The notes: generated by a model not told the origin, from the letters alone. 64,000 nucleotides of DNA from Eledone cirrhosa (GCA_964016885.1 OZ024746.1:70928001-70992000), one strand, 5' to 3'; counted from the stretch's first letter, positions 35,560 to 50,280 are shown. Numbers and translations are program-made.

Positions 35560-36130
35560 GTAGAGTGCACTGTGCAGGCTTCCTTGAGAAGATGAGTGTC
35601 TCAGTTTATGCAGCACTGATTTTCATTCCAACCATGCATCAAACCTATCAAGTGCAAGTCAGAGATCACCTTCTGTCGAGTTAATTCCAGCCGACTGATT
35701 TTACACCTGTCAGTCATGATACTACTTCCAACCCGGCTGCGCATGTCAATCCAGTTCATGAAAATAAAGAACAAGAGAGGTGACAGTACACACCTTTGGC
35801 AGTGTCCGACTCCCACATTGAATGGTTTTGATTTAGCCACAAATACTTGGGTATTCATATAGAGACATCAGGGCAACAAGAAGCTGACCATCGATCCCAT
35901 ACTCCTGCAGAACCTTCCACAGCAAATCCCGAGGAATGTGTTCATATGCTTTTTGGAGGTCTACAAAACAAGAATATGCCTCTTGGCAATAATCCCACGA
36001 TTTCTTTAAGACTTGCTGCTGTGTGAATATTTTGTTAGCTTCATCAGCTAGTTTGGACTTGACATCTCTTTGCCAGACACTTTGCATAAACTTTACTAGG
36101 GAGGCTTAATAAGGAGATCCTTCTGTAATT
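35560..36130 (-). mobile_element. RTE-like RT fragment (second family)
   Basis: CFVDLQKAYEHIPRDLLWKVL and GVG..CVLSPLLFFIFMNWID (RT domains 3-4), frameshifted. Confidence 0.75.
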
Positions 36131-36149
36131 GGAACCATCTCTTTTTGAA

Positions 36150-37837
36150 AATTATCCCATTATTATAAAAAAAGACTATTATTTAATCAGAAGTTTGGGT
36201 TTGTGGTCAGGAGTTTGATATTTCGAAATTTTCATATTTTTCAAGAAAAAACACATTTAAAAAAAATTTATCAGTTCATATAATTAAATCAACAGAGTAT
36301 ATATTTATTTTATTACACAAGCTTATCAAAAGCAAACAAGTAAAAACAAATAACACTTATAAAGCAACTTATACACGTCAGAAATGACTGGATTTCCTGG
36401 ATTTGCGGTTGTAGTCCAGGTCACATTCCCGCACTAGCCCCCAGATATAGTCCTCCATCATTTTTTCATTGTAGTGGTCCTGGTACCTCCGCTCTATCTC
36501 TTTCACATTTTGGTGGAATCGTTCGCCTTGTTCTTCTGAGTAGGCGCCCATATTGTCCTTGAATTTTTCCAGGTGAGCGTCCAGCATATGGAGTTTAAGC
36601 GACATCCTGCATCCCATGGTGCCAAAAGCCTTTATCAGATCCTGCACCAGTTGCTGGTAGTTTTCAGCTCTGTAGTTGCCCAGGAAGCCCTTAACAACTG
36701 CCTTGAAACAGTTCCATGTTGTTCTCTCAATCCTATTGAGCTTATTGGAGAACTCGGTAGACTCAAACACCTTCTTTATCTGAGGTCCAACAAAAATTCC
36801 ACCTTTGATTTTGGCCTCAGATAACTTGGGGAAGAACTCAAGAAGGTACTTAAAAGCGGCTGATTCTTGGTTGAGAGCCTTCACAAACTGCTTCATCAAC
36901 CCCAACTTAATGTGCAGTGGCGGCATGAGCAGAATCCTGGGATCAACCAGTGGCTCCCACATGACGTTCCGGGTCCCAACTACAAATTCTGTTCGCTGCT
37001 CCCAGTTCTTTCTTTTGTAGTGGTCAGAGGTGGCTCTGCTGTCCCAAAAGCAGAGGAAGCATTGGAATTTGATTAAGCCTCCTTGGAGTCCAAGCAGGAA
37101 AGCCACCATCTTGAAGTCTCCAATGATTTCCCAATTGTGCTGGTTGTATTGCAGAGCTTCCAAGAGGACTTTCAGACTGTAGTAATCTTCCTTCAGGTAG
37201 TCTGAATGAGCTAGGGGCAGTGTCGGGAACTTGTTTCCATTAAGGAGGAAGACAGCCTTCAAACTTGTGGTGGAGCTGTCTATAAATAGCTGCCACTCCT
37301 TGGGCACAAACGGCACCCCAATAACGTCAAACAGTCCAGGCACGTCATGGCAGAAGCAGAGGCCATCCCTAAGAGTGTAAAAGCCTGAGAAAGGTTTGTG
37401 TCGACTTCTCTTGTCAAATGCACTTCCTCCTTGACCAAGTTCCACTGCTTCATCCTGGAGACGAATGCTTAAAACACAACTTACCCTTTATTCAGGGTGT
37501 GAAAATCCAGTAACAATAAATCTCTTTAATCCACTTTTTAACAATTTTATACTTTATTGCACTTTTATAATTTTCTTTAGCTATTACTCTTTATTTTATA
37601 ATTTTAATTTAACCTGAAACATATATAAAAAAAATCATTTAACATAAGCTAATTAAACTTACATACAACGTAAAATCCAGCATACAAATAATTCTAGTGA
37701 AAAGCTTAGAATTTTTACAAACCCCAACTTTTAACTGTTTAATAGCACTTTTTTAAAATTTATTTGGGACCTAAGCAACACAAAAAAAGTGATTACAAGC
37801 CAGGAACAGAGAAAACATTTTTTTTTGTTACACAGTG
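36150..37837 (-). mobile_element. Chapaev3-like (CMC superfamily) DNA transposon, internally deleted
   Basis: Terminus CACTGTGTAACAAAAA at 37837 (- strand); imperfect subterminal inverted repeat ~36155-36205 vs ~37715-37770; transposase ORF inside. Confidence 0.7.
36378..37445 (-). pseudogene. Chapaev3-type DDE transposase, catalytic C-terminal part
   Basis: Motifs WQLFIDSS..SLKAV, GDFKMV..LLG.QGG..K..CFLC.WDSRA, PPLHIKLGLMKQFVKAL, KIK.GIFVGPQI, SLKLH.L..H and SEEQGERFHQ; upstream SRMKQWNL is in a different frame and the N-terminus is missing. Confidence 0.8.
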
Positions 37838-39073
37838 TTATTTTCCAGAGATCCAGCCACCAGGCACACGAGTCAGCCAAATAATACCTTCACTATTTAA
37901 GACTTTTAACATCTTAGGCCAGATTTCATCTTCTCCAGTGGCCTTGCCACTTTGAGCTCTTTAACTACTCTTGTGACCTCAGCCTCTGGACCTTGTGTAC
38001 ATAAGAAGATGATGTTTGTGATTGTGTTTAGGAGATCAGCAAAGTATTCTCTTCGGGGTTCAATTTAATCGACTGACCTCTCCTCATGCCTATATAAGTT
38101 GTTATTAGTTATTAGTGATAATTCACTACCAGACTTAATGCAGCATGGCTGAATGGTTAAGAAGTTCGTTTCACATTCATTAGGTCCTAGGTTTGATCCC
38201 ACTGCCTGGCATCTAGGACAAGTATCATTTATCATAGTCTTGGGTTGACCTGTGTCTTTTGAGTGAAGTCCAGTAGATGGAAACTGTTTGGAAGTTTGTT
38301 GGATGAACTTTACTTGGAATATAATGGTTCAGCTTTGTCATGCTTTGTATCAATCTGAATCTTCCTGAGAATTACGTTAAGTGTACACGTGTGTGGAATG
38401 CTTAGCCACTTTCATGTTAATTTCATGAGCTGACTGTTCTATTGATCAAACTACTGGTTCACTCATCAGAACTGATGGAGGTCCAAGAACAGCAACATGT
38501 TAATGAAGATTGGGTCTTAGGATCCTTTTGCACTATATTCTTGGTAATGTGTGTTAGCTATCCTTTAAATCAGGCGTCTCTGCCATGGTGTATATTTACA
38601 CTGGGCATATAAATTCATCCCTGGGTGGGTAAATTCCGCGAGTCTGGATTTGTACAATGCTTTTTTTTTCTTTTTTCCAATTAAAATTAAAACCTACCTG
38701 AAGAGGAGAAGAGAATATATATTCTAGCTGTTTGCTATCATGAGTTCAAATCCCACCGAGATCAACTTTGCTTTTTGATCTTTCAAGATTTATAAAATGA
38801 AGTACCAGTCCAGAGTGGTGGATTGGTGTAATAGTTAGAGCATCAAACAAGATGTCTTGTAGTATTTGTTCTGACTGTTTTCGTTATAAGTTCAAATTCT
38901 GGTGTAACCTTCTTCAGTGGTAGACTTAATCCATTGCCTGGTTTAACACCATCACCTGGCCCTTGGGTGTTCTTTTGAGGATTCCACTTTGTTGCAAGCA
39001 TTCTGTTGTGGTTTTCCAGTTTGAGGGTACTTTTCCCCCTCTGTCTCTGCCTCTGTAGAACTATGATGAGGAT

Positions 39074-39108
<35 letters not shown>

Positions 39109-40374
39109 TGTATACTGAGACACAATTGAGTGGTGGTGATAAAAGTTGCTGCTGTTGTTGTTGGTGGTGTTAGTGGTGATAAGAGGCGAACCTTTCTACT
39201 CTGCTGACAATCTTAAATTATTGACCATCTTCAAAATTGCTTTCCAGGACCACTTCATGTGCTAACTGCTGCTCTCTATATCAATATAACGGCTTTGCTT
39301 CCATTGCTTATTGTTTATGTTCTGTTGGCCTTCTCTTTTACCTCTCCACCCTTCGATAACCACTATGATATGGCCATAATTCTTACAGTTACCATTTCTT
39401 TCCAACAGTAATATCACTTATTGGATAGATGCAAAATTGCTTTTCTTCTCTCTCCTGTCTTCTACAATTTTCTTCCTTTCTGTCTTTCATCATGTTTTCC
39501 TTACCTTTTGCCATATTCTTCTTTCTCTTTTTTATGTCTTTCATCATATTTTCCTTTTTTAGCTTCTCTCTTCAGTCTTTTGTCATATTCATCTGTTGCT
39601 CTTCTGTCTTCCATCAAATTCTTCTCTTCTGTCTTCTACTTACTCTCTTCAATTACATTGTTTTGTTGCTCTTCTGTCTTCCATCATATGCTTCCCTCTA
39701 TCTTCTTTCTTCTGTCTTCCATTGTATTCTTTCCTTTGTCTTTTCTCTGTTATCCTTTGTCATCTGTGTTATATCTTCTTATAGGTTTTCTGGCTTCTTC
39801 TTGGCTGTATGGTTTAGAAATGTTCTTCTTTGATTGATTCTCATGGTCTGAACACTCCCAAAAGGGAGTTTCAATCTTGAAATTGCTAGAAAAGTCTTAT
39901 TTGATTGATGTTTTTTTACCACTCATCTTATTCAGAAACCAAGACTATATGAAATGTATACATATAAATAATACAAATTGGTTCCCTTAGGCATGCTTGC
40001 TTCTACCTATTACATAATGCAGGCACTAATGTTTATTTATGTCTCACAAAACTAAAGTCATAGAGTTCAGTTCTGTACCTTATATAAAAAAAATCCAGTA
40101 AGGATTTGCATCAAGAATGGTATCTGGCTTTTGAATACTGCCTTAAATATGTCTCATCCAACCCATGCCAACATGGGAAAAAAGATGTAAAACCTTTGAC
40201 GAGAAAGATGACTGCATTTAAATCTCACTGGGGTCAATAAATTATGGTACCAGTCATATACTTAGGTTGATTTAATCGACTATTTCTTTCTCCATAAAAC
40301 ATTGTCTTGTGTCTAGATTAGAAATTACTACTACTACTGCCACGACGACGACGACCACTACCACCACTACACCA

Positions 40375-40418
<44 letters not shown>

Positions 40419-41985
40419 GCTGCTTCTGCTATTGCTGCTGCCGCCACCACCACCACTGCTGCTGCCACCACACCACCACCACCACCACCACTACAAAGAA
40501 ATATTGTGTTGTTTTGTTGTGTGTATTTATTGTATACGTTTATATATTTTTGATGATATTTTTCTCCAGTTCCTATTCATTATATGATTATTTTGGTTAA
40601 AAACAAATTCCAACTAAAGCTAGGAGCTTTTGTCTGTTGTCTGTTGGCATTTATTGTCAAAGACTTTGGAGAGGGGGGGGGGGCGGTGTAGGCTGGATGC
40701 AAAGCACATGTACATATGTATGCTTGCTTACCCACACATGTTTGTATGACTGTGTTTTGTAATTTCTATGTGAAAGTCTTCCTACGTAAAAGAGTGCTCA
40801 TCAAATGCAAATGGCAACAATATTCCTCTCTCCTCTCCCTTCTTTCCTTCCTTATCTCTCTCCCCTTTTCTCCTCCTCTTTTCAATTTTAACCTTTCCTC
40901 TGTAGTTTTGGGTCTTTTTTTTTTTCTCAAATCTTTGGAAGAAAGAATAGAATGGGTAAAAACATAGAAAATAGTGTTCTTTGTTATCTGTGATTATTTT
41001 GTCCATTTCTACTGAAAATGTTCTTTACACCTATATATATGTATGTCATCATCGTCACTATTTATGTCTGTTTTCCATTCTGGCATGGGTTGGATGGGTT
41101 ATCATGTTCTGTGACTTGCAGGTCAGATGACCATGTCCTGCTCATATATTCCAATTTAGCATGGTGTTAATGCCAACCATGTTACAGCATGTACCGGGTA
41201 CATTTTATCATGGTATCAGCTCTACCTCTTGCTGAATGCATTGGGTGTGTTTTATTATGGCAACCTCATCCAGTCAGAGAGAGGCACCAACAGGTGGGGG
41301 AGAATGGTGGAAGTAGCCCTGTAGGAGCTGAGATATAATCTAACTGCGATAGATGTAGGAACCCATCTCTCTCATTCAGTCATAGAAAACTTGCCAAACA
41401 AAGGGTTGGGAGGACTTTTTAGTTGTGTCAAGAACATAACCTTTTTAGTGTTGGCAATCTATACTATAAAAACATCCAGTACATGCTGTAAAGTGGTTAG
41501 TGTTAGGAAGGGCATCCAGCTGTAGAAAGCTTGCCAAACATGTGGTTGGGAGGACCCTTCAGTTTGTGTGAAAAGTCATGACAGCTTCTCCTCTGCACTT
41601 GATAGAACGTTTGATGGTACATAAGCAAGGTGCACACTGCCTGGCTTATTTGGGAGGCCAGCAGCCCCACTTCAGTACTGACTTGGTCTATGTAGACCTG
41701 TCCAACCCTTGATAGCAGGGAAAGCGGTTGTTAAAATGATGATGATGATGTATATATATATATATATATACATGCAGGGTTGGCTAAAAAAAAAAAAAAA
41801 AAGTTCAGAACATTATATATTCATAAGATGGGAGATGTTAGCAAAATAAATAAATAGAAGAAGAAATGTATACTCACATCAAAATTCCCTAACTGCAGTT
41901 TCAAAGCATAAGACCAATATTAATTATCTTAACTAACCATGACAATTAACATTAGCAGAAGACACTTTCATCAGAGATATCTCTC

Positions 41986-42034
<49 letters not shown>

Positions 42035-44307
42035 ATATATAGGTGTGTGTGTGTATCCATCCATATACCTGTGTTTATGTCCTGTAGCATAACAGTTCAA
42101 CAGAACGATATCAATAAAATAAGTCCCAAACTGATTAAATCCCTTAAAGATATTGCCCCAGCATAGTAAGTCTAATGGCAGAAACCATTGGAAGAATAAA
42201 AGCATAAAAGATTCCCGAAGCAAAGGTTTGAGGAATAGAATATTGGGATCTGACAATACTTCTCATTCCTCTTTTTTTTCTTCTCTCTCTGATTTGTTGT
42301 GCATATCTGGTTTAGAATAGATACCCCATATCCCTGTGAGTCATATGAGGAGACTAAAAGGGTTGGTGTCAGAAAGGGCATGTGGCCGTAAAACATTGCT
42401 AAACAAAAAAGTGTCCCATGATTAATATGAAGCTTTTGAAGGGGTCTGCAAGGTTTACTCTAGCTTTAACACGGAAAAATTACCTTAACACACCTGTGAC
42501 TTGCTAATATTTGGAAAAAGAAATTTGAGACTTCATACTCATGGTGTCCAAAGGGAAGAGACTTAATCATCATCATCATCATTACATCCATTTTTCCATG
42601 TGAGCATGGGTTGGATGGGATGTTTTGAGACTGTGTTTGTAGGTGAATGAACTTCCTGATGCCAACCCAGCAATGTACACAAATATTCCCAGTAGTCAAG
42701 GCTTATTTTTGTGCTGAATGCTTTTTGCAATCAGTCTCCAGTTCTTAGGTAAAACTTAGGACTTTAGATAACCATTGTTGTGAATAGTAATTCACTATGT
42801 GGGGGACTGCATTAATGGTTACAAACAGTGCAATGGAAATTTTAATACCAAGAAATACATAAAAGAAAGGAAAAAAACAAAAGGAAAAAAAAGCTGATTG
42901 CCAGATAGGACCAAGGAAACTATGTTTCCATTGGTCTTTCCAATGTTAATACTATCTTCTGGTCTCAGCTCCTAGCAGAAGCATCACCAATTTTCCAATG
43001 ACAGGATGTAGGATTTGACCAGCAAATGCAAAGATCTTCGATACATCTATGAAGAGTTTTTGTGTGTTTTTGAATCACTAAAATGCTTCTTCCATAATCT
43101 AATCAGTTACAATAGAAAAAAATGTTTCCTAGCTTTGTTTAAACCTTTTGATACCAAACCACCTAAAACCACCCTTGGTTATATGATATAAAACTGTTTA
43201 TTTTAAAGTGCGTAAATGTATTTATAAATGTTGCATTATAATTTTATGTAAGAACCTTTGTTAAATTAGGCTAGTTATATTACTAAATCACTTCAAATTT
43301 TTATATTATTTTCAAAATGACTTGCAAATCTTACACAATCTCTCATTAGAAATATGGTAATAAAATGGTGAAGGAAAGTGTTAAGAGAAAAGGGTGTGTC
43401 TTGAGGTAGATTTGGTCACTATATATTGCTGATCAAGTGACTGTAGAGGCTTCTTCATTGGATTCTTTGAATAAAGAATTTAATTTAATCTGGTGATCTT
43501 GTGACATATCTGCTGTCTTACAGTACAACATGCTGTCAATGCAGTCAGTACAAGTGCATTACATTACACGCACATCTTTGACACAATGTACATGTCTCTG
43601 ATATAATGTGCATGCACTGCACATTTCCTGCTGATGCGCAATTTACATCAATTACATAATTATTATTTTTTTTTAAAAAATAATTTAAGTCAATTCACTG
43701 TCTTTAACATCTGCAACAGCAAAAACAACAGCAAGAACATATAAATATAAATTGGTTATATAAATATAAATTGGTTATATATGGTTTATATATATATATA
43801 TCACACACACATATATATATATAAGTGTCTATATGTGTGTGTATGTATAAACCCATGCTAGCGTGGAAGATAGACGTTAAACGATGATGGTGATGATGGT
43901 GATGATGGTGATGATGATGATGATGATGATGATATATATATATATATGATGATGATATATATATATATAAAAAGTGGCTTCCTTGTTCAATCATCTTACC
44001 AGAAGCCTAACATTATTTGTGTAAGCGGACAGTACTTGATTTAGGAGTCGCAGAAACCCAAATGCTGGATTTTACCAACCATCCAGGGGTCCGGGTAAAT
44101 TTTTTTCAATCACATATATTTTTATTTGTTTGACCCGAATTACTTGGTCGTTTTTATGGCTGTGCGGATGTTTGTTTAACCATCGTCTCAGTGTGTTTGG
44201 CCTTTAACGTATGTTGTAGCTTTGGTTCATCTGAATCATTGAGCGCTTGCCACACATCTCGGAAGTTGTTTTTCGTTAATTCCTAAGTCGAAATACGATT
44301 CTCGCTA

Positions 44308-44353
<46 letters not shown>

Positions 44354-44488
44354 GTAGAACACTGGGAGGTTATATCCGTAGTACGTCCATGGGACGAGTT
44401 CGGCTATAACCCATTCTTTTGAGTTGAAAATCCGCAAGGTAAATTGCATGTCCTTGAAAATGGTTTATTAACTGTTGTGGAACTAACT

Positions 44489-44523
<35 letters not shown>

Positions 44524-44589
44524 GAAAGGTATAGAATATATAAATATAAAGCGGACGTAAAATGATGATGATGATGATGATGATGATAT

Positions 44590-44838
44590 ATAAATGTAAT
44601 CTGAGTTTTTCGAATATTAATAATAACATTCGATTCGTTTGCAATTATGCAAACAAGCCTCAATTTTATAGCCATGTCAGTAGAATGAACACTTCATTCT
44701 TGCTCTTGTGTTGGCATCATAAGAGCAAGAATGAAGTGTTCATTCTACTGACATGGCTATAAAATTGAGGCTTGTTTGCATAATTGCAAACAAATCGAAT
44801 GTTATTATTAATATTCGAAAAACTCAGATCACATTTAT
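44590..44838. repeat. 249-bp near-perfect palindrome (~121-bp arms, 7-nt loop)
   Basis: tgctctt(44701-44707)/aagagca(44721-44727) at the centre; a few mismatches; unique extension to ~44870 then (TA)n. Confidence 0.9.
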
Positions 44839-44865
44839 TGTATTCAGCCATGTAGAGCGAAATTT

Positions 44866-44941
<76 letters not shown>

Positions 44942-44944
<3 letters not shown>

Positions 44945-45134
44945 AATGAGGTCGTGTAGGTGTCACGACAAAAAAAAAAACACACATTCCACGCTGTAAT
45001 GTGGCCGTGTAGGTAACACGGTAAAAACCTCCCAGTACACACTGTAAACATGGTTGGTGTTGGGATGGGCACCCAGCCGTAGAAACCCATGCAAGTGTGG
45101 AAGATGGACGTTAAACGATGATGATGATGATGAT
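44942..45134 (+). mobile_element. Family B element, internally deleted
   Basis: gtcgtgtaggtgtcacgacaaaa...ccatgcaagtgtggaagatggacgttaaacgatg. Confidence 0.8.
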
Positions 45135-46224
45135 ATAAACTGTTGTTACATGGAACATTTAAGCAAGAATGTGGGCTGAGTGCTTGTCTGGGATGTCATT
45201 AGATCTGCTTAAGTATTGACTCAGTCTGTGAAGACCCGTCCAATGCTTCCCAGCAGGAAAAGGAGATGTTAGATGATGATGATGACGATGATGACGATGA
45301 TGTTACATATATGTGGCCTAGCGGTTAGGGTATTCAGCTTGTGATTATAGAGTTGAGAGTTTGATTCCTGGTGGTATATTGTGACTTTGAGTAAAAGACT
45401 TTTTTTTATATTGTTTGAGTCGTCTTAGCTGGAAAACAGAATTTTCATAGACTGTATCATGCTGAATCTCCCTGAGAACTACATTAAAAGTAAACTTGTC
45501 TATGGAATGCTCAGCCACTTGTATGTTAAGGCTGTTCCATTGATTAAACAACTGGAACATTCATTGTTGGAACTGACAGAGGCTCAACACACACACCCAC
45601 ACCCACCCACCCACACACACACACACACACTCACTCACACACGGACAGATGGCCGGATGGACAGAGAGGGAGCTTGAGATACGTATATTAGGATGCTTCT
45701 ACAGTTATGTATCTCTGACCATGACACACATACACTCACACATTTGTAAACACACACATTCATAAATATGCACACAGACACACACATACACACTCAACAT
45801 TAACCCTTTTCTCACCAGTTGTCCAAAGTTCCCCCCATTCCCCCCCCCTTCCTTTTCTACTACTCATTACCCTCCTCACTCTTCCCATGTAGAAACACAA
45901 AATACCTTGATGTGACATCACCACTGCAAGGACCACTCTCTCTCCTTCACACTACCTTTTTCATTGCTATCGATCTCCCTGTACAACTCTTCATATTGAT
46001 TTCCCTCCCTCCCACCATGACCACCACTATTCAACCTATCCACACCACCCCCCTACTTTAATTTGTCTTTTGATTGGTTGCCATGGTTGTATACATTGAC
46101 TGTACGCTCCCCCCCACCACCACTCCTTCCCCTCTTTCCTCTCTGTCTTGCAACCACTCTCTCACCATCACTCCCTGCACCTTTCATTGATTCCAGTCTA
46201 TGATTGCGTCACATGAGCAACTCC

Positions 46225-46915
46225 TCTGTACATCACAGCATGTCAAGGAGGGAAGGTCACTCGTCATGCTAGAAATGTCAGCCAAGTATCTGAGCAACGT
46301 TATATACATCACAGCGTAGAGGAGCTTTTATGTGAGCTGTTGTACAACATGCTAGAAATGGCAGTCAAACATATGTACACAGTATACAACATCACAGTGA
46401 GTCAACGAGGGAAAGGAGCTTCTATGTGGTCTTTCTTGTGGTATGCTAGAAATAGCAGCTAAATACTATACAACATCACAATGAGTTAAGGGAAAGGAGC
46501 TTCTATGTGGTCTTTCGTGTGGCATGCTAGAAATAGTAGCCAAATACTATACAGCATCGCAATGAGGGAAGGAGCTTCTATGAGGTCTTTTGTGTGGCAT
46601 GCTAGAAATAGTAGCCAAGTACTCTACAGCGTCATAGCAAGTCAATAGGGAAAAGGAGCATCTATGTAGTCTTTTGTGTAGCATGCTAGTGGGGGGGGGG
46701 GCCTTATGTGTGGTTGCTCGACATGCTAGAAATAGCAGCCAAATAAACTGAGCAAGTTAAGGAGGGAAGAAGGTTATCTGTAGTTAGTTGGTCACTCGAC
46801 ATACTAGAAATAGAAGCCACACATCTGAGCCTTCTATACATCACAAATGAAAGAATGGGAATAGGAGCCTTTGTGTCGCTTGACATACTAGATATAGCTG
46901 CTAAATTTCTCTCAC
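46225..46915 (+). repeat. Diverged tandem repeat, mostly ~75-95-bp units
   Basis: catgctagaaatagcagccaa-type motif at ~46265, 46349, 46442, 46523, 46598, 46682, 46722, 46801 and 46884, with related intervening gggaaaggagcttctatgtggtcttt sequence. Confidence 0.8.
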
Positions 46916-47131
46916 AAATCATAATCCAGCATCTATAGGTCTGCTCAATCACAATTGATCTGGTGTTAAACAACCACTACCACAACAACACCTCTTCTGT
47001 TCACTGTAATTGACTTTAGTGTAGGGGAAGAAGAAGCATGGATTTTATACCATGTTCTATTGTATCTCCTTCATTCTCCCTCTTTCATTCATTCTCTTTA
47101 TAATTCTTCTTCTTCCTCCTCCATGTGTAAA

Positions 47132-47187
<56 letters not shown>

Positions 47188-47396
47188 TCTGTAGTAGTGT
47201 CTGTGTAATCTGTGTGTGCCTGTGTAATAAGTGTGTGTGTGTGGTCTGTAGTTGTGTATATGTATAATCTATAGATGTGCACCTGTATTATATAGTGTGT
47301 AATCCATAGGTGTGTGTGTGTGTGTGTGTATGTATGTAATATATAGTGGTGTATATAAGTGCATTTGTTTGTGTATGTAATCTCTAGTGTGTGTGC

Positions 47397-47443
<47 letters not shown>

Positions 47444-47543
47444 ATCTATAGTTATGTGTGATGTGTAATCTATAGATGTATGTAAGGTATAGTATGTATG
47501 TGTGTGTTTGTATGTTTATAATCTATAGTGTGTGTGTATATAA

Positions 47544-47576
<33 letters not shown>

Positions 47577-47689
47577 ATCTATAGTTATGGGTGATGTGTA
47601 TGCTATAGATGTGTGTATGTAATGTATAGTATGTATATGTGTGTTTTTTGTATGTTTGTAATTTCTAGTGTGTGTGTGTATGTATGTAT

Positions 47690-47860
47690 GTGTGATCTAT
47701 AGTTATGTATATGTGTAATGTGTAATCTATAGTTATGTATGTGTGTAATGTGTGATCTATAGTTATGTATATGTGTAATGTGTAATCTATAGTTATGTAT
47801 GTGTGTAATGTGTGATCTATAGTTATGTATGTGTGTAATGTGTAATCTATAGATATGTGT
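47690..47860. repeat. 30/60-bp minisatellite
   Basis: gtgatctatagttatgtatatgtgtaatgt-type units repeated about six times. Confidence 0.85.
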
Positions 47861-47878
47861 ATGTAATGTATAGTATGT

Positions 47879-48657
47879 ACTAGCAGAATGGCCCGGCGTT
47901 GCTTGGGATTCTAAACATAGATTGGCATGTTTATCCCTCCTTTATGAAACAATACAGAGAAGTACGGAATACCTCAGCCTCGGGATGGTGTCTACATTTT
48001 GTGCTTATAAAAAAAATTTGTTGTAGATTACCAGGGTTTTTTTCCGTGCGAAGAAAATCAATACTTTATCACAAAATAAATACTTTTGTTTATATTTTGT
48101 TATTGTGTATGCAAAAATATCTGTACACGAATATATAATTATATATATATATAACAGATTAAAGTTTAAGCAAAGAATCGCTGCTTTCACCCTTAATGGG
48201 ATCTTCTGAAACAAAAAAAATCAATCTGTGAATGCAGAAGTAAATATTTCGAAAAACGTTACACACTATATATATATATATATGTATATATATACACACA
48301 CACTATATATACATATATACACACACTATATATACATATATACACACACACACACAGCGTCATAATGTCGTAATGCAGACAGCCAGACATACAGACAGAT
48401 ATTATAAGGACACTACGTTATATCTATGTATCTATCTAAAAAGAAAGACTAAGAATTATATAGAGAGAGAGAGATCGCTAAATCGCCTAATGCGGTCCCT
48501 AGGGCATTGAAAATTCGAAATATATTTTGCTGAAAAACCTCACAGGACCATAAGTATTACATGTATAAAGTTTGAAAACAATCAGTTGGGTGGTTCTCGA
48601 GTTTTAGGGAGTCAGACAGACAGACAGACAGACATTCTCTGTTTTAGGTATATAGAT
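47879..48657. mobile_element. HINE/DINE-1-like (Helentron-associated) non-autonomous element
   Basis: One end actagcagaatggcccggcgttgc, the other end (gaca)n...tatatagat, internal microsatellite; 48355-48657 recurs inverted at ~54830-55110. Confidence 0.55.
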
Positions 48658-48989
48658 AAGTATGTGTTTGTAATCTATAGTGTGCCCTGTCTCTTACAAC
48701 ACAAGGATATGGTGTACCTATTCTAAACTGGATACACAGAGTAGCAACAACAACTACAACAAATAAGTAGTATATTTAATTACATAGAAATCCCACCTCC
48801 ACAACTGCTTATTTCTCTATTCAAAAAATCAAGACTTAACAAAATACTACATGGTTCTGATTTGTGAAGTTGAGCTACCTGATTTTATAACATTCGATGC
48901 TTACCTGTAATTACACCCATACTAAAACAAAAAGATTTTTTTTTCTTAATATTCCCTGTGGAAATCAAGTACATCATGAACTGCTTTTT

Positions 48990-50280
48990 TAATCATCATC
49001 ATCATCATCATTATTATCTTTGTAATCATCATTGTCATCATCACTATGATCATCTCTTTCACCATCATCATCACCATCATCACCATCATTATTATTATTA
49101 CCATTATCATCTATCATCACAATCATCATCACCACGATCATCTTTTTCACCATCACCACCACCACCACCATCATCACTACCACCATCATCATCGTCATCG
49201 CCATCACCATCATCACCGCCACCAACACCATCATCGCCATCACCATCACCATCATCGCCATTACCATAATCATTATTATTACTATTATCATCTATATCAC
49301 AACCATCATCACCCTGATCATCTTTTTCATCATTACCACCACCACCACCATCATCGCCATCACCACCATCATCATTGCCATCACCACCATCATCATCACC
49401 ATCACCACCATCATCATCGCCATCACCACCATCATCATCGCCATCACCACCATCATCATCGCCATCACCACCATCATCATCATCGCCATCACCACCATCA
49501 TCATCGCCATCACCACCACCATCATCGCCATCACCACCATCATCATTGCCATCACCACCATCATCATCGCCATCACCACCACCATCATCGCCATCACCAC
49601 CATCATCATTGCCATCACCACCATCATCATCGCCATCACCACCATCATCATCGCCATCACCACCATCATCATCGCCATCACCACCATCATCATTGCCATC
49701 ACCACCATCACCATCACCACCACCATCACCACCATCATCATCGCCATCACCACCATCTTATATGCACCTGGGTCTTATATGCCATCAAATATAGTAAATC
49801 TCTTTCTTGTAACTATTTGATCAAGCTGTTTATTTGTCTGTCTGTTAGTCTATGTCAGCCTGTCTGATGTCATCGGTTTAACCTTCTAACCACCAATCCT
49901 GCTCCACCACCATTACTACAACGCCCACCACAACCACCACCACCACCATTACTACAACGCCCACCACAATCACCCCCACCCCCACCACCACCACCACCAC
50001 CACCACCATTACTACAACGCCCACCATAATCACCCCCACCACCACCACCATCACCACCACCACCACCATCACCACCACCACCACCACCATTACTACAACG
50101 CCCACCACAATCACCCCCACCACCACCACCACCACCACCATTACTACAACGCCCACCACAATCACCCTCACCACCATCATCACCACCACCACCACCACCA
50201 CCATTACTACAACGCACACCACAATCACCCCCACCACGACCACCACCACAATCACCAATATCATGACCACAATCACCACT
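48990..50280. repeat. (CAT/CAC)n tracts, a 21-bp catcgccatcaccaccatcat array and a ccattactacaacgcccacc minisatellite
   Basis: Directly visible low-complexity arrays. Confidence 0.9.

Noticed and set aside
39421-39837. Hydrophobic F/S/L-rich ORFs
   Set aside because: Low-complexity CT-rich degenerate repeat (tcttctgtcttccat); no domain or splice evidence.
46225-46915. CRISPR-like repeat/spacer appearance
   Set aside because: Eukaryotic context, linkers are homologous to each other, repeats are degenerate, and there are no cas genes.
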